DNA of 63,621 nucleotides, counting the filler, from Chiloscyllium plagiosum (taxonomy: Eukaryota): the NCBI RefSeq assembly GCF_004010195.1. It is 6 parts of one record of this genome, joined end to end, with 100 filler letters (N's around TTAATTAATTAA, not from the genome) between each part and the next. Parts side by side here need not be neighbours in the genome. Positions count along the whole stretch, not along the records: positions 1 to 11,379 come from NC_057717.1; positions 11,480 to 18,302 come from NC_057717.1; 4 more parts are not named here. One strand, written 5' to 3'. This document shows, piece by piece, positions 1-13,157 of this stretch; position 1 is the first letter of the stretch, and every line of letters starts with the position of its first letter. Made by a program: the position numbers and the translations under genes. Below the pieces are notes generated by a model. The model was not told the DNA's origin and made no database searches. It saw nothing but the letters and a program-made list of their open reading frames with translations.

Positions 1-830
1 AAAATGCAAAAATTTCTGGACAGACTGGGAGCTTTGTATAAGAGTCACTGGAAGAATTAAATCGCAGATATTACAGATAAAACTGGGTTAACATGAGATT
101 CTGAAACAAAAACACAGCAGCAGAAGCAGATTTTCTTTCAATCATAGTCTGTAACTTTTCCCCAGGATAATCCCTCAGTCTACTATTACCATCAAGCCAA
201 TCCATAGTTCAGTGATGAATATGTGTGAACATGCCAGAGTCAGAACCATGTGCACCTAATGTTGATGATAATTCATTAAAGCTACCGCACTGGATTGGTT
301 ACACTCCAAACAGCGGAATTAACATCTAATGGAGAGGGAGAATTGATCCCAATTCAAACATATTACGTCTAAGGTCTGCAGTACTGCCACATTCAGGGAT
401 AAAGGTCGATGAAACATTAAACAGCTTACTTGCAGAGAGGACTCCTGAAATATCCCCACCCTAAATAGCGGAACAGCCCTGTACATCTGTGTAAAAGACA
501 AGGATGTAGTATCAACTCCAGCCTCAACCAGAAGCGTGGTGTTGATGATCCACCTCATCCTCGCCATGATACCCACAGAATCACAGATGCCAGTCTTTAA
601 CCGATTCGATTCACTGCCTGTGACATGAAGAAACATCTGAACACAGTCGATACGACAAAGGCAATGGGCCTGACACCATTTCCGTAATAGGACTGAAGAC
701 TTGTGCTGCACAACAAGCCGTGTCCCTGGGGAAGCGGTTTCATTCCAGATCAAACTCTAACATCTCCCTGGCAATGTGGAAAATTACTTAGCTATGTCCA
801 GTCTCCTAAGAGGAGAATAATTACAATCTG
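1..830 (+). mobile_element. Decayed non-LTR retrotransposon ORF2 fragment (CR1/L2-group family, linker to start of RT)
   Basis: Plus strand 541-720 reads, across frameshifts, VDDP..ITDASL.PIRFTACDMKKHLNTVDTTKAMG..ISVIGLKTCA, matching the LDTAKAMGPDNIPAxVLKTCA motif before LINE RT domains. Confidence 0.7.
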
Positions 831-944
831 ACCCATTACTAACCCCTCTGTCCTATCACGATATTCAAACCAAAGGGAATCATTTCCGACATTATCACAG
901 CACAGAAATAACCTGCTCTGTGTGGTTTCTGATACGTCCCCATG

Positions 945-1350
945 TGGAGATGGTGGAGTTGTGGCAATGTCACTGGATTGCTAATCCAGACCAGGCCAAT
1001 GCCCTGGCAGCATGTGGAAGTTAAAAACAATTAATAAAACATCGAGTTGTAAAATCTGGTCAGTAGTAGTGACCTTGAAGACAATTTGTAAACACCAATT
1101 TCCTTCCCCAATGTACTTTGAGGAAGTGTATCTCCCGTGCTTTCCTTGTCTGGCCTAAAACTGACTCCTAACACACAGTCATATGATACACTCTTCAATG
1201 GTCTCTAAATTGGCCAAGGAAGACAATCAGTAGCATCAAACTGCTCTGACGTCTTAAAGGATAAACCCGGACAGAACACTCGGCACCAGCGTCAGTATTG
1301 GAAAAGGGAATTGGAAACACAGTCCTGTTGTCCCTGCAGACACCTCCTTC
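945..1350 (+). mobile_element. Degenerate tRNA-derived SINE, same family as 36270-36590
   Basis: Head GGAGATGGTGGAGTTGTGGCAATGTCACTGGATTGCTAATCCAGA and body CCTTGTCTGGCCT..TGACTCC..ACAG..ACTCTT resemble 36270-36590. Confidence 0.55.
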
Positions 1351-1559
1351 TTAACATCTGAGAGCTTTTGATAACATTGACAGAGATTTTCCACAGACTG
1401 CACAGAAATATCGAGAAATGAGTAGGCCAATCAACACGCTGAGCCTTCTCCCATTCCAGCTTATGCAGGAAATCTCCTCAAGGCAGTTTTCCCAAACAAT
1501 ATACATATCCCGCAACGTGATTAACCATCGGAAAAACAATAGGAACTATAGTAGTCAAG

Positions 1560-3020
1560 TGTTCTATCCTATTCAACACATTGACAACTGATCCTTTAGC
1601 TCCACACTATAAGCCTGTTATTGCCACCCTTTTACTGTCTAGAAATCCTTGTGTATAATCAGTGCCTTGGTTTACACAGCATGTTCTGGGAGAGAAATCC
1701 CTAGGTTCACCAGTTTCTGTGTACAGATATTTATTCTCATCTAAATGCAGTGTGGCCAGTCTGCACCTAATACTGTGGCCCGTGGTTTCAGACATCCCAG
1801 CCAGGGGAATTATCATCCGTACTTCCAATCTGTCTCACCCTGTCAGAGTTTTATATATTTCACTGAGATCTGCGCACACTTTCCTAAACACCATAGAATA
1901 CAGGCCCATTCACGTCACACTGTGTTCGCATAATAAGCCTGTCTTCCCAGAGATCCTGGGCCTCTTCCACCGCCACTCCCTCACCACCAGACGCCTGGAG
2001 GATGAACGCCTCATCTTCCGCCTCGGAACACTTCAACCCCAGGGCATCAATGTGGACTTCAACAGCTTCCTGNNNNNNNNNNNNNNNNNNNNNNNNNNNN
2101 NNNNNNNNNNNNNNNNNNNNNNNNNNNNNNNNNNNNNNNNNNNNNNNNNNNNNNNNNNNNNNNNNNNNNNNNNNNNNNNNNNNNNNNNNNNNNNNNNNNN
2201 NNNNNNNNNNNNNNNNNNNNNNNNNNNNNNNNNNNNNNNNNNNNNNNNNNNNNNNNNNNNNNNNNNNNNNNNNNNNNNNNNNNNNNNNNNNNNNNNNNNN
2301 NNNNNNNNNNNNNNNNNNNNNNNNNNNNNNNNNNNNNNNNNNNNNTCAATGTCAGCTTTGTCCTTTATTAGGTAAGGAGACCAAAACCGCACATTATGCT
2401 GCACAATGTTCGAGATGGGGTCTCACCAAGGCCCTGTACAGCTGCAGTGAGACAACCTTACTCCTGGACACAAATCCCCCTGAAAAGAAGGTCAGGGGGA
2501 TTATTTATTTATTTATTTATTTATCTTACTAACTGCTTTCTGTTCCTGCAATATTCCTTTAAGTGACTGGTGTACAGGGAGATCCAGATCTTTTGCAAGG
2601 TTACAGCTCCCCACTTGCTGCGTCTATATACACTGGTCACCGTCCCAATGCCATTCCCAGTGTTTACTTCTGGATTCAGAACTCACTGCCCTGCATGGAC
2701 CTCAGAGGCTGTGCAGACGGAAACAAACAAAGGCGCATGACTCCGTTTATAGATCAACATTTTAGAACCAATCCCTTTTCAAATGGTCAGCTTCTGTTCT
2801 ATTTATCCAACGAAGTGCACAACGTCACATCTATCCATACTGGTCTAAATCTGCCAAATATTCACTCCACTTATCTCAATCAATTTAGAGCGTTTCTATA
2901 TCCTCCTCACCCATTGACAATCCAACATTGGGAAATATTGCATTTGGTACCGTCAACCAAATGTTGGATGTGTGTTAGGAATAGCTGGGGCCCAATCCCC
3001 AATACCTGTGATACACCATG
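1560..3020 (-). mobile_element. Decayed CR1 LINE 3' half, interrupted by a Penelope fragment and gap at 1956-2345
   Basis: Minus strand shows CR1 C-terminal motifs (LVRPHLEHC..FWSPYLIKD; RKVCADLSEIYK) and a CR1-type 3' UTR. Confidence 0.7.
1956..2072 (+). mobile_element. Penelope-like element, C-terminus of GIY-YIG endonuclease, running into an N gap
   Basis: LGLFHRHSLTTRRLEDERLIFRLGTLQPQGINVDFNSF matches the RxLEExxLIFRLGxLQPxGINxDF end of Penelope ORFs. Confidence 0.85.
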
Positions 3021-3899
3021 AGCCTTATGTCCAATAAAAAGGGTCCTTTTATTCCGGTGTTTCTGGTTCTTTGCTGGAGCTTGGACACTCTGACCTGCTT
3101 TTTTCCCTTATTTTCTCCGCCTCTCTTTTGTCTCTGTAACTTATTGACCTTATAGCTTGGACTGCATTAGTATCAACGAGAGCCCAAACATGCAGACTTT
3201 GAATGGATTCAAGGCATTGCCCTTGAGAGGTCTCAAGTGGAGCACAGTGTATGGACCTTGAGCTGGGCCCAGTGCAGAGGAGAGTGTGCCCCTGCTTACT
3301 TTTCCAGAGCAAGCACAGGACCTGGAATTGTAGACTGCTACATCAGCAGAGACAACGTGTGTGAGGTAGGCCCAGTATCAAAAAGTGATGACAGAGAATC
3401 AGGGACTTCGTTGTTTGTTGGGTGGTGCGTTGGTGCTGATGAAGTAGACCATGGAAGGGCATCATTGCAATCTCGATGAGGTGGGCACAACAGTAAGAGA
3501 CATGTCACTGACATTGGAGGGCCTGGCACAGGGGGTGACGAGGCGGTGATGGAAGAGTATTGGCCCAGCGGCAAAGGTGGCACCTCAGGATCAACAATTT
3601 TGATGTTGGTGGCATCTGGTGTAGATGGTAATGAAGCTGTTGTCTAGTGATGGGGGATGCAACTGTCACCGATAGTAAGGAGCTGACACAGGACCCATAG
3701 ACTTTCTTCCAGCTGTACCTTTCATTTTGTTTTCAATATTCAATATTCAAATTATTTAAAACGGTGCCAGTTTGATGCAGAAATGTCTTGTATTTACTCT
3801 GTAAAATACACCTGAGAGTAAACTCAAAATCGATATCAAAATACTCCACTCATTGTTTCCTGCCAGCTATGCCATGTTAAGGCCATGTCCATACGTTAG

Positions 3900-6350
3900 C
3901 CCCAGTTCCATAAGATGTGATGCTGCACACTAGTTTTGGGACGTTACCGAAAAACTTTCCAAAAATTCAAATACATTACATCCATTGCTTCAACATAATT
4001 AACTAATCAGCCAGTATCTAAAATATGATTCCCATTTCATACATTTATGCTGACGTTGTCTATGTTCATTACTTTCAGTCTCAATATTTTCTCCAAAACC
4101 ATTGATTTACTAATTTCATTCTATACTTTTTTTCACCTGACTTGGGTTTCCTAGTCGAGCTGGGAAGTTTTATTTGGTTTTGTTGATGTTTTCTTCTGTG
4201 AAGACAGAATTGAAGTACTTGCTTCACAGTTCCACCATTTCCCTGTTTTCCATTCTCCATTCTCTGGTTTTAGATTGTAATAAGCTGCTATTTTTCGTTT
4301 ACTTTCACAATAACATACTTTTGGAAGCTATTGCAGTTGAGTCATATAACCTTTATTAATACGTGTTTTCANNNNNNNNNNNNNNNNNNNNNNNNNNNNN
4401 NNNNNNNNNNNNNNNNNNNNNNNNNNNNNNNNNNNNNNNNNNNNNNNNNNNNNNNNNNNNNNNNNNNNNNNNNNNNNNNNNNNNNNNNNNNNNNNNNNNN
4501 NNNNNNNNNNNNNNNNNNNNNNNNNNNNNNNNNNNNNNNNNNNNNNNNNNNNNNNNNNNNNNNNNNNNNNNNNNNNNNNNNNNNNNNNNNNNNNNNNNNN
4601 NNNNNNNNNNNNNNNNNNNNNNNNNNNNNNNNNNNNNNNNNNNNNNNNNNNNNNNNNNNNNNNNNNNNNNNNNNNNNNNNNNNNNNNNNNNNNNNNNNNN
4701 NNNNNNNNNNNNNNNNNNNNNNNNNNNNNNNNNNNNNNNNNNNNNNNNNNNNNNNNNNNNNNNNNNNNNNNNNNNNNNNNNNNNNNNNNNNNNNNNNNNN
4801 NNNNNNNNNNNGTGCATTCCAGACCACAACACTCTCTGGGTGAAAAACAATTGTCAAATTCTCTCTACACCTCAAAATCTTCACTTTAAATGTCTTATCC
4901 CTTGTTCTTAAACTTTTGACTAAAAGGAACAGCTGCTGTCTGTCCAACTTGTCCATGTCCCTTGTAATCTTATCTTTCTGAATCACGTCCCCTTCATCCC
5001 TATTCTGCTCCAAAGTAAACAACCCGAGCTTATCCAATCTCTCTTCATCCCTGATAAGCTCCATCCCAGGGAACATCCTGGTGAATCTCCTCTGTACCCC
5101 TCCAGTGCAATCTCATTCTTACTGTAATGTAGCTCCCAGAACTGCATGCAGCATTCTATCTATGGCCGAACCAATGGTGTGTTTCGATGGTACGCCTCGA
5201 TGCCTAACAATGCGAAACAAAATGCCTGCAGTCCCATGTGCTTTCTTAACTAGCTTATTACCCTGTCCAATCACATTCAGAGATGTGTGGAGAAGTAACC
5301 TCTGAGCTTCCTAGTGTGCTGCCGTTCATTGAGTATTCCCCTGTCTGGCTCTATCTACCAAAGTGCTTCACCTTATATTTATCAAGTTTACATTCCACCT
5401 GCCATTGATCTGACCATTCCACGTGCATATTCCTGTGAAATCCTCCGAACTGCCAACCACCTAGCTAATCTTTGTGTCAAACACAAACTTACCTATCACA
5501 CACCCCAATTCTCCCCTCACACGACCCCTCCACATTCACGTCTACATCATTTATGAATACCACAAATAATACACTGCACTGCTCCCTGTAGTACACCAAA
5601 AGACACTGGTCTATGTCCACCACATTTTCTGTAATGCGCGACCACATTAACTGCTCTCCAGTCCTCTGGAACCTCCGTTGTGGTCAAATTTGATTTAAAC
5701 ATTTGGTCATATCATTTCCTCTCTTGTCTGAAACATTATCCTGTGATACAACGCATGTGGATTTACATCATCCCAACTTGCATCTTAGTTGAGAGTTCTC
5801 AATGCATCTTCTCGAATTCTGTCCCTGCATCCTCTATCTCCCAGGTAAAACAGATACGAAGCACTCATGTAATAATCCATCAATGTTCTCCAGCTTCACA
5901 TACTGATTACCCCCTTGGTTTCTAATTGGCTCTAATTGTTCCCTGGTTATTCTGTACTACTTGATGTTTTTTGTAGCGTATATTGGAATTCTCTCTAACC
6001 TTGCCTGCTGCACTTCTTCAAACACCTGTCTTAGCCAGTCTCTTGTGTATGAATTTCCTAAGTTTCCCTGAGATCAACTCTCATTCTTTAAAACAGCACT
6101 GAACACATGTATTATCTCATCCGCACTCCATGCAGCCTGTGCAGAACGTCTTTACTTCTATGTTCTCCGTCCCTTTAAATGAAGGCCAATTTCACTTTTA
6201 CCTTTCCATTTCCAAATGTCCCTTCTGGACCGCTTTGGTTTAATATTATTTACTACTCACTGTCTGAGCTCTTAATTTGAATATCTGACTATATCACATC
6301 TACTGGTTTTCCGTTGTCTCTGTCTACAAGAATCAGCTTCACCCAATTTT
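3900..6350 (-). mobile_element. CR1 LINE fragments, spanning the gap 4372-4811
   Basis: ORF 4369-5076 (MFPGMELIRDEERLDKLGLFTLEQNR..) is the CR1 ORF2 C-terminus. 4180-4240 antisense reads EMVELxSKYFNSVF-like. Confidence 0.7.
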
Positions 6351-6379
6351 TAAATAAAAGTTATTAAAGGTGATTTCTT

Positions 6380-9300
6380 TTCGGGGGACATCCAAGATAT
6401 TGGTGACTCAGTAGGTTTGCCCTGATCAGCTCTACACCAGAACCCAGAAAAAGTGGTGCATTCACCTTCTCTTTCTTAACCCATTGTGGTAAAGATACTG
6501 ATCCGCTGTATTGCTGTATGTCAGTTGAAGTGAGTAAGGAAAATGACTAAGGGTAAAGGACCACGTGGATAGCAACTAATAGGCATTGACCTGCAGCAAC
6601 TGCCCCGCGGATTCACCCGCGGCCGTGGCATCGGCCTCTGCGAACCCGACAGGGGACTTAACATTAGAGCAGAGCTTGATCATGGAGTATGTAAAACTCG
6701 GAGTCAAGATTGATTCAGAGATGGAGGAGACCCAGACCAGACTGAAACCGATCTCGGCCATGCTGCAGATGCATGACTAGGAGATCCACCGTCTCAGGCA
6801 CATGTCATGGAGGTGGAGAAGCTGACTGTGTCCTCTGAAACTGCTGTTGAATCCTCAGCAGTTTGGGTCTAGGCCTTGGGATGGCGAGTACCGGGCATGG
6901 AGGAGTAAGTTCACTTCGAAAATCGAGGCTATCATAAGAATATCTGCTTGGCCGTGCTAGCGGGATGGGAAGAAGAAGGCCAACCCGTTAGTTTTTGGAG
7001 CAATGGCTCCGGTAGTTTTTGAAGTTGGAATTCGAGGCAGGTGGGTGCAGGTCGAGCAGGCAGGTCGCAGTGCACAAGCCAGGGTCAGGCCAGCACCCCC
7101 GCCCAGTCTTGAGCAACCCCAGCACTATGGAGAGAAACAAATGGTTCTCCAGCACTGGGGAAGGATCCACAGGCTCCTATATCCAATGGATCACGAATTA
7201 TGTTTTTCCAGGACCTTCCTATGACTATGATCCACCAGAGGCTGGCCTTTGATAGGGTAAAAAGGAGGCTGAGGGAATTGAATATTCACTATACTGTGAG
7301 ATACACGACAGTATTACATGTCAACCACAGACGGTCCATGTTTAATTTTGACTCACGAGAAAATGCAAAGGACTTCCAGGACACCTTAAAATCGACATTT
7401 TGGCTGAAATAATGTGGACAATCATGTTCTCTTTGTTTCCTCTGTGGTTTGCCTCGTTTAACTGGTATTTTTTTAATATGTGGGGTCCCATTAATTTCTC
7501 TTTCTCTCTTTTCTCCTTTCTTCCTCCCCTCCCACTACCTTTTTTTTCTATAATTTCCTTTACGTGTCTCTCTTTTAGTATGGAATGTGGGTGATGTTTG
7601 GGGGAGAGAGGTACATTTTTTTTCCACCAGGAATGCCTTGGATATGCATGGGACGGGTTGAGCACCCACTTCTAATGTTCTTGTTGTAAGACACATGTAA
7701 CTTTTTTTTACTTTGTTTTGTCTGGGTTTGGGGAGCTGTTTCAGCTAGTAGGAGCCAAAAAGGATTAGTGGGAAGTATGAGCGCTCCTTGTGGGGAAGCG
7801 GGGGAGGGGGGAACCTCCTCTTATTTTTGTTATACGTAGTTTCGTTTTACAAGGAGTTGTTAGAGGTTTTGATTTGGTAGCTTTTGCAGTTGTATTTTCA
7901 AGTTTATATGAACTGTTGACTTCTTTCGCTCGGTGCGCAATAAAAGGGGTCCTTCCTCACAGCGGGGTCACGCACTGTTTTGGATGGCTATGGTTAACCG
8001 CTCATTTAAATTGTGAGTCTGGAACGTTAAGGGGAGTCACTCACTGATTGATTGAAAGATCTTAGAAAGTAAAGGGTCGAGGTAGCCTTGGTGCAAGAAA
8101 AAGAACATCTAACTGAAAAGGAATATTTAAAGTTACAGAAGAGTGTGTTTGGCTGGGTGTTATTTTCATCCTTTAATTCAAAATGTAGAGGAGTAGTTTT
8201 ACTCATTCAGAAGAACCATCTATATCAGATGTTTGGCCAAATTATGCAAGGGGTTTGATTATTTCCTACTCAGCGACTCGGAAGCGGACGAAAGGAGAGC
8301 AGCATCTGACAGAGCATATTTTGACAGACCGTCTGAAACCAAGTTGCAACAGATTACAATGCACCAGGCTGCTCGGAACGCTGCGCTCACCCAGACAGCA
8401 AAGAGAGCAATTTTATTTACGAATCAGCAGGTGTTCGAACATGGTGATAGTCCGACTAGATATCTGGCATACTTGGCCAGNNNNNNNNNNNNNNNNNNNN
8501 NNNNNNNNNNNNNNNNNNNNNNNNNNNNNNNNNNNNNNNNNNNNNTATATCTTTATTAAATGTGGACTTTAATACTTTGGTGAAAATGCTGGCGTTGAAG
8601 CTGGAGAAGGTCTGCCCTTCGTTATGAAATAGGACCAGACATGTTTTATTAGGGGATCATAGGTCGTCTAATAATAATAGGAGAGTGCTAATGTGGTTCA
8701 GGTGTGCCAGCAAGGATCGATTCCAGGCTTGGTCGTGAATGCAGAGAAAACATTTGACCGGGTGGAGTGGCCGTACGTCTTTAATGTCCTGTAATGGTTT
8801 GTTCTTGGAGGGGCCTTTGCCAGGTGGGTGACAGTGTTATATAATTACAAAGCAACGGATCTCACTCGTGGTATAAGGTCTGACGATTTTTGCAGCCATC
8901 AAGGATGTCCTCTTTCACCGTTATTATTTACATTGTGATTGAGCCGTTGGCAGAGCCTATCCGGAGGGACCACAATGTTACAGCCCTGGAGGTAGGATCA
9001 GGATGGTATAAGATCACACTTTATGCAGACGACGATCTTCTCTTTCTAACTAACTCGATGATATCTGTGCCCCAAGTGATTAATGCATTTGGTTCTTTCT
9101 CGGGGTATAAAATCAATTTTATGAAATCAGAGACCATGCCTGTCGGGGGTCTTATTGGAGTACATGATCTTGGAGGTGGAATCCGATTCCCTTTCATATT
9201 GTCCGTGGGAGATTTCCTGTATTTGGGCATTTTTATCACGCCAGCCTTCAATCAATTAGATAAGGCTATCTTCCTGCAGTTGCTCGAGAATATAAGGCAG

Positions 9301-10700
9301 GACCTTCAGAATTGGGAGGATCTTTCGATATCCTGGTTGGGTCGAATAGCTCCAGTCAAAATGAATGTATTCCCTCGTTTTTATATCTCATGCAAATGCA
9401 CCTTTTGATGCTGCCCAGGCAGCTTATGCAGAGCTTTACAGTCGGCTTGGATCTTTTATTTGTCATCACAGGCAGCCTCTCATGGAGCTCATCCAATTGC
9501 AGCTTCCTCGGGGGCTGATGTTTGTGGATCTTACACACTTTAACAAATACCAATTGTGTTCCCTCCTAGCCTTTGTGGCTGATTGGGCTTGCCAAGACCC
9601 GCGGTCAATGTGGTTGGACATCGATGCCTCCCAGGCAAAATGTCCCCCCATTAATCTGTTGTTCATGAACAAGTTGCGGACCGTTATGGAACATTGCAGA
9701 TATCCAATTGTCTTGAACACAGTTAAAACATGGAGAATGATGCAACAAAGTGAGAACAATTTACAAACAAATACACTTTCCCATTTATTCCCATTGTAGG
9801 ATAGGTGGTTTCTGGATTTTGGCTCTGGGAGTCCAGAGGATTTTCCTTTTTGGGAGACTTATTTGACAGGGAGGGAATGATGTCGTTCGAGCAGCTGAGC
9901 CAGAAATATGAGCTATCTAGGAGGGACCTCTTTCGTTACTTAGAGATTAGGGATTTTATACAGAAAAAGAGTACATTAATGGTTCGTCTCTATAAGTCAA
10001 AAATGGAGATGAGAGTGCTTCAGTCTACGGGCACTCTTTCGGTCAGCACCCTCTAGCATTTAATATGAGGTAGTGTCTCAATGGATATAGAGCAGTTGTG
10101 TGGAATTTGCGTTCAGCAATTGGGTGTAGACATCTTCACCAGAGGAGTGGGCAGATATTTGGAAGAATGTCAGGAAGATTTCGATTTCCAATAGGACGCA
10201 AGCTATGCAGCTGAAGGTACTCCACAGGGTTTATTTGGCATCGGAGTGGCTGCCCAAACTTAAGACAGGAGCGTCTCCAGCATTCCAAAATGTAAAAGAG
10301 ACGTTTGTACTCTTACGCATTGCTCGTGGCCATGCCAAAAACTTTGTAGGTATTGGGGCGCAATAGTGAGTGTTTGGGAAGGGGTCTTGGAAACTGAGGT
10401 CGAGGTAGATCTGGTGTCCCTTCTCTTGATTTCTCCGAATCACCCACCTTTCGGAAGAGATTGTTTAGTATTCTTTCATTTTGTGCGAGGAAGAACATTG
10501 TGATGAGGTGGATATCAGAAAATCCCCCAGGATTCTCGGGGTGATGTAGGTTAGTTATGGAGCACATACCCCTGAATTTCCTTACAATCATGTTGCACCA
10601 GAAAATGGATCTTTCTGATAGGACGTGGCGGCCCTTTTTGAACCATGGAGACAGGGGCTTATTGGATATTTTGGTCAGGGCCTTTGTGTAATCATTAACA
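6380..10700 (+). mobile_element. Near full-length decayed L1/Tx1-clade LINE (ORF1, endonuclease start, RT, C-terminal Cys/His region)
   Basis: ORF1 C-terminus MFFQDL..RLAFDRVKRRLRELNIHY..FDSRENAKDF (7200-7412). Endonuclease start WNVKG..ALVQE..SSFNSKCRGV (~8010-8220). RT motifs NAEKTFDRVEW, QGCPLSPLLF, IEPLAE, LYADD, SGYKINFMKSE, YLGI (8550-9400). CKRDVCTLTHCSWPC near 10290-10340. Many stops and frameshifts. Confidence 0.9.
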
Positions 10701-11379
10701 TTGTGTCTGGTGTCCCAGATGCCCCATGGGAGGAAACATTCTGAACAAACACGGCTACACAATGCCAGCTGTCGATACAATAAGGAGCCAATTGGGACCC
10801 ACAGCCGGAAAATACAGGAGAGCTTACGCCATACATCTTGCACATTGTTTCTGAGCCTGATAAAGATGTCCCAGGAATCCAGGGATATGAGCATCAACTT
10901 CTAGTTTAAGGTACAGAAGGTCGGATATTCATGTTATAATTGAATGCTTACTTGACTGACAAATTAAATAACTGTGGCTCTTCTCAGAAAAATGAGTCTA
11001 GCTGGATGAATCACACTTTGGGGAGGCGGGTTCCAATAACAAGAATAAGAACATAATATAAATATGCTGAGAGATAAGCTCAATCGGTCAGTTATATCAG
11101 TTGTCCAATCCACCTCACAGAATCAGACACCATAATCCAGATGAGATATATGTTCAGCATGGAGCACAGTACAGAACAGGCTAGTGTACTGCTCAATACA
11201 ACCCAGTACTCTGTACAGACAGTGCAGACCACAACAGTCCATGGGGAGATGTGCAGTGTATAACAGTGAATTGCTTTGTAAAGCTGGAGCAGTTAGTGCT
11301 GTGTCCTCCACCCCAGTGCATTGTTCAGTAAATACAGTGTTAGAGCACTGTCCAGCGTGGGGAAACTTGCAGTCCATGC

Positions 11380-11479
11380 NNNNNNNNNNNNNNNNNNNNN
11401 NNNNNNNNNNNNNNNNNNNNNNNTTAATTAATTAANNNNNNNNNNNNNNNNNNNNNNNNNNNNNNNNNNNNNNNNNNNN
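11380..11479. other. Artificial scaffold linker (44 N + TTAATTAATTAA + 44 N), repeated at 18303-18402, 29254-29353, 58591-58690 and 61481-61580
   Basis: Five identical 100-bp constructs. TTAATTAATTAA places stops in all six frames. Confidence 0.97.
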
Positions 11480-11684
11480 AAATTGAAGTGATGGATACAG
11501 TCAGTGGGATGGTGCCTTTTCTCTTTGGCCCCTGAGTTGTGAGAAACATTGACATGTTTCCCTGTAAAGCCCCCTGTGGGATAAGAATGGACAACCCAGC
11601 GCTACCCTCAGTCTGTTACCATAGCGACAGGCTGCTCCATCGCTGAAACACTGAACTGAAATGAGAAAATCCCGGATGGATTGA

Positions 11685-12592
11685 TTAATGAGGGAATTCG
11701 ATGGATGGATGGATTTGGGTGAAGGGATGTTTCAGCACATTCTTCAGCTGCTGCCTGAACTTAGTCTGGGTCACGGCATAAATCGCGGTGTTTGTGCAGC
11801 AACTGAGGAGCTGCAGCATGAAGCCCAATTCCTGCACAAAGGTATTGAGAGACAGAGGGGTATCCACAATCCACCACATCCGTACCCATATAGAATACAG
11901 CATTAACGACGACCATAACAGGATGAAATTGGCCGAGATCACAAACAGTAAAATGATTGATTTTTTTCGGTTTCTCATTTCAGTGTCAGACTAAGCGTCC
12001 CCATTGGTGTGAGCACGGAGTCTCCTGCGGGCTCTGCTGGTCACTAAAATGTGTCTGACGGTGAGAACATTGAGCAGCAGAATCAGGAGAATTGGGACAC
12101 ACGGGGTTAGAATGTGGTGGAGGAACTCGATTGTGCCGCAGACACTGGAGAATTGAACAGCGTCTGTTATATCACAAAACCAGGGGCGGTTCACCAGGTA
12201 ATACCGAGCCGTGAACATAAAATATCAGGAAATGTTCTTTAAACAGCTCAGCACAGTCACTGCTCCCAGAACCACAGCCGCCATTTTCTCACTGCAATAT
12301 TTACTTTTCAGCTTCTGGCAACAAATGGCCACAAACCGATCAAAGGTGAAAGTGACGGTGAACCAGACAGAGCAGTCAGTGGCTGCATAAAGCAGGACGG
12401 CGTGGATATTACACACGGGAACGAAGTACAGGAAATAAAACTGTGCCCAATAAACAATGGGAATATGTCTCAGGATCAGGTCGAGGATAATGACCAGGAG
12501 ATCCGCCGCTGCCATCGCACCCAGGTAACGTCTGACACATGGAGACAATCCGCAATCTTTCTCAAGCAGGACGTAGATGGTCACTACGTTAA
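11685..12592 (-). pseudogene. GPR139/GPR142-like class A orphan GPCR, main coding exon (end of TM1 to TM7 and C-tail), with two premature stops
   Basis: ORFs 12225-12617, 11991-12218 and 11685-11978 are in one frame, separated by TGA (12225-12227) and TAG (11991-11993). Motifs: YLGAMAAADLLVII (TM2), CSVWFTVTFTFDRFVAICC (TM3 DRF), LTPCVPILLILLLN (TM5), RKKSIILLFVISANFILLW (TM6), LQLLSCCTNTAIY (TM7). Confidence 0.9.
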
Positions 12593-12612
12593 CTGTGAGG
12601 AAGGAAAATAAA
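12593..12612 (-). other. Splice acceptor of the GPCR main exon (phase-1 intron)
   Basis: Minus strand reads TTTATTTTCCTTCCTCACAG|TTAACGTA: a polypyrimidine tract plus AG splitting the Val codon of V-N-V-V. Confidence 0.8.
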
Positions 12613-13077
12613 CCCATTATCCATCAGCCTGGAGGCAAAGGGACCCGTTTGATCGGGGACCCAGTGAGATTTTCAAATGTGTCCCTGTATTCAGGGATTT
12701 ATTAAAATAATTGGAGCTGGAATAACAAATGGGAAGGTCGGAATTACAGAGGAAAATGTGTCATAAACCACCAGAAAACCCTCCCTCCCCAAACACACAG
12801 AGACACATCCATAAGGACAGATGGTTTCTAGAACATTCCCACACACTCGATCNNNNNNNNNNNNNNNNNNNNNNNNNNNNNNNNNNNNNNNNNNNNNNNN
12901 NNNNNNNNNNNNNNNNNNNNNNNNNNNNNNNNNNNNNNNNNNNNNNNNNNNNNNNNNNNNNNNNNNNNNNNNNNNNNNNNNNNNNNNNNNNNNNNNNNNN
13001 NNNNNNNNNNNNNNNNNNNNNNNNNNNNNNNNNNNNNNNNNNNNNNNNNNNNNNNNNNNNNNNNNNNNNNNNNNNNN

Positions 13078-13157
13078 CAGTTATAGAATGTCAGGGACAG
13101 AACGTTCCGGGGAATGTCAGTTAAAGAATGTTGGGGACAGAACGTTCCGGGGAACCC
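13078..13157. repeat. 40-bp tandem repeat, 2 visible copies abutting a gap
   Basis: CAGTTATAGAATGTCAGGGACAGAACGTTCCGGGGAATGT-like units start at 13078 and 13118. Confidence 0.85.

Noticed and set aside
319..753. 144-aa ORF apparently conserved at 33049-33297 and 35960-36289
   Set aside because: It is the antisense frame of a duplicated LINE fragment, so the similarity is DNA paralogy.
12593..12617. ATG at 12617 (MGLFSFLT) as the GPCR start
   Set aside because: It lies in the polypyrimidine tract before the AG acceptor and would omit the N-terminus and most of TM1.
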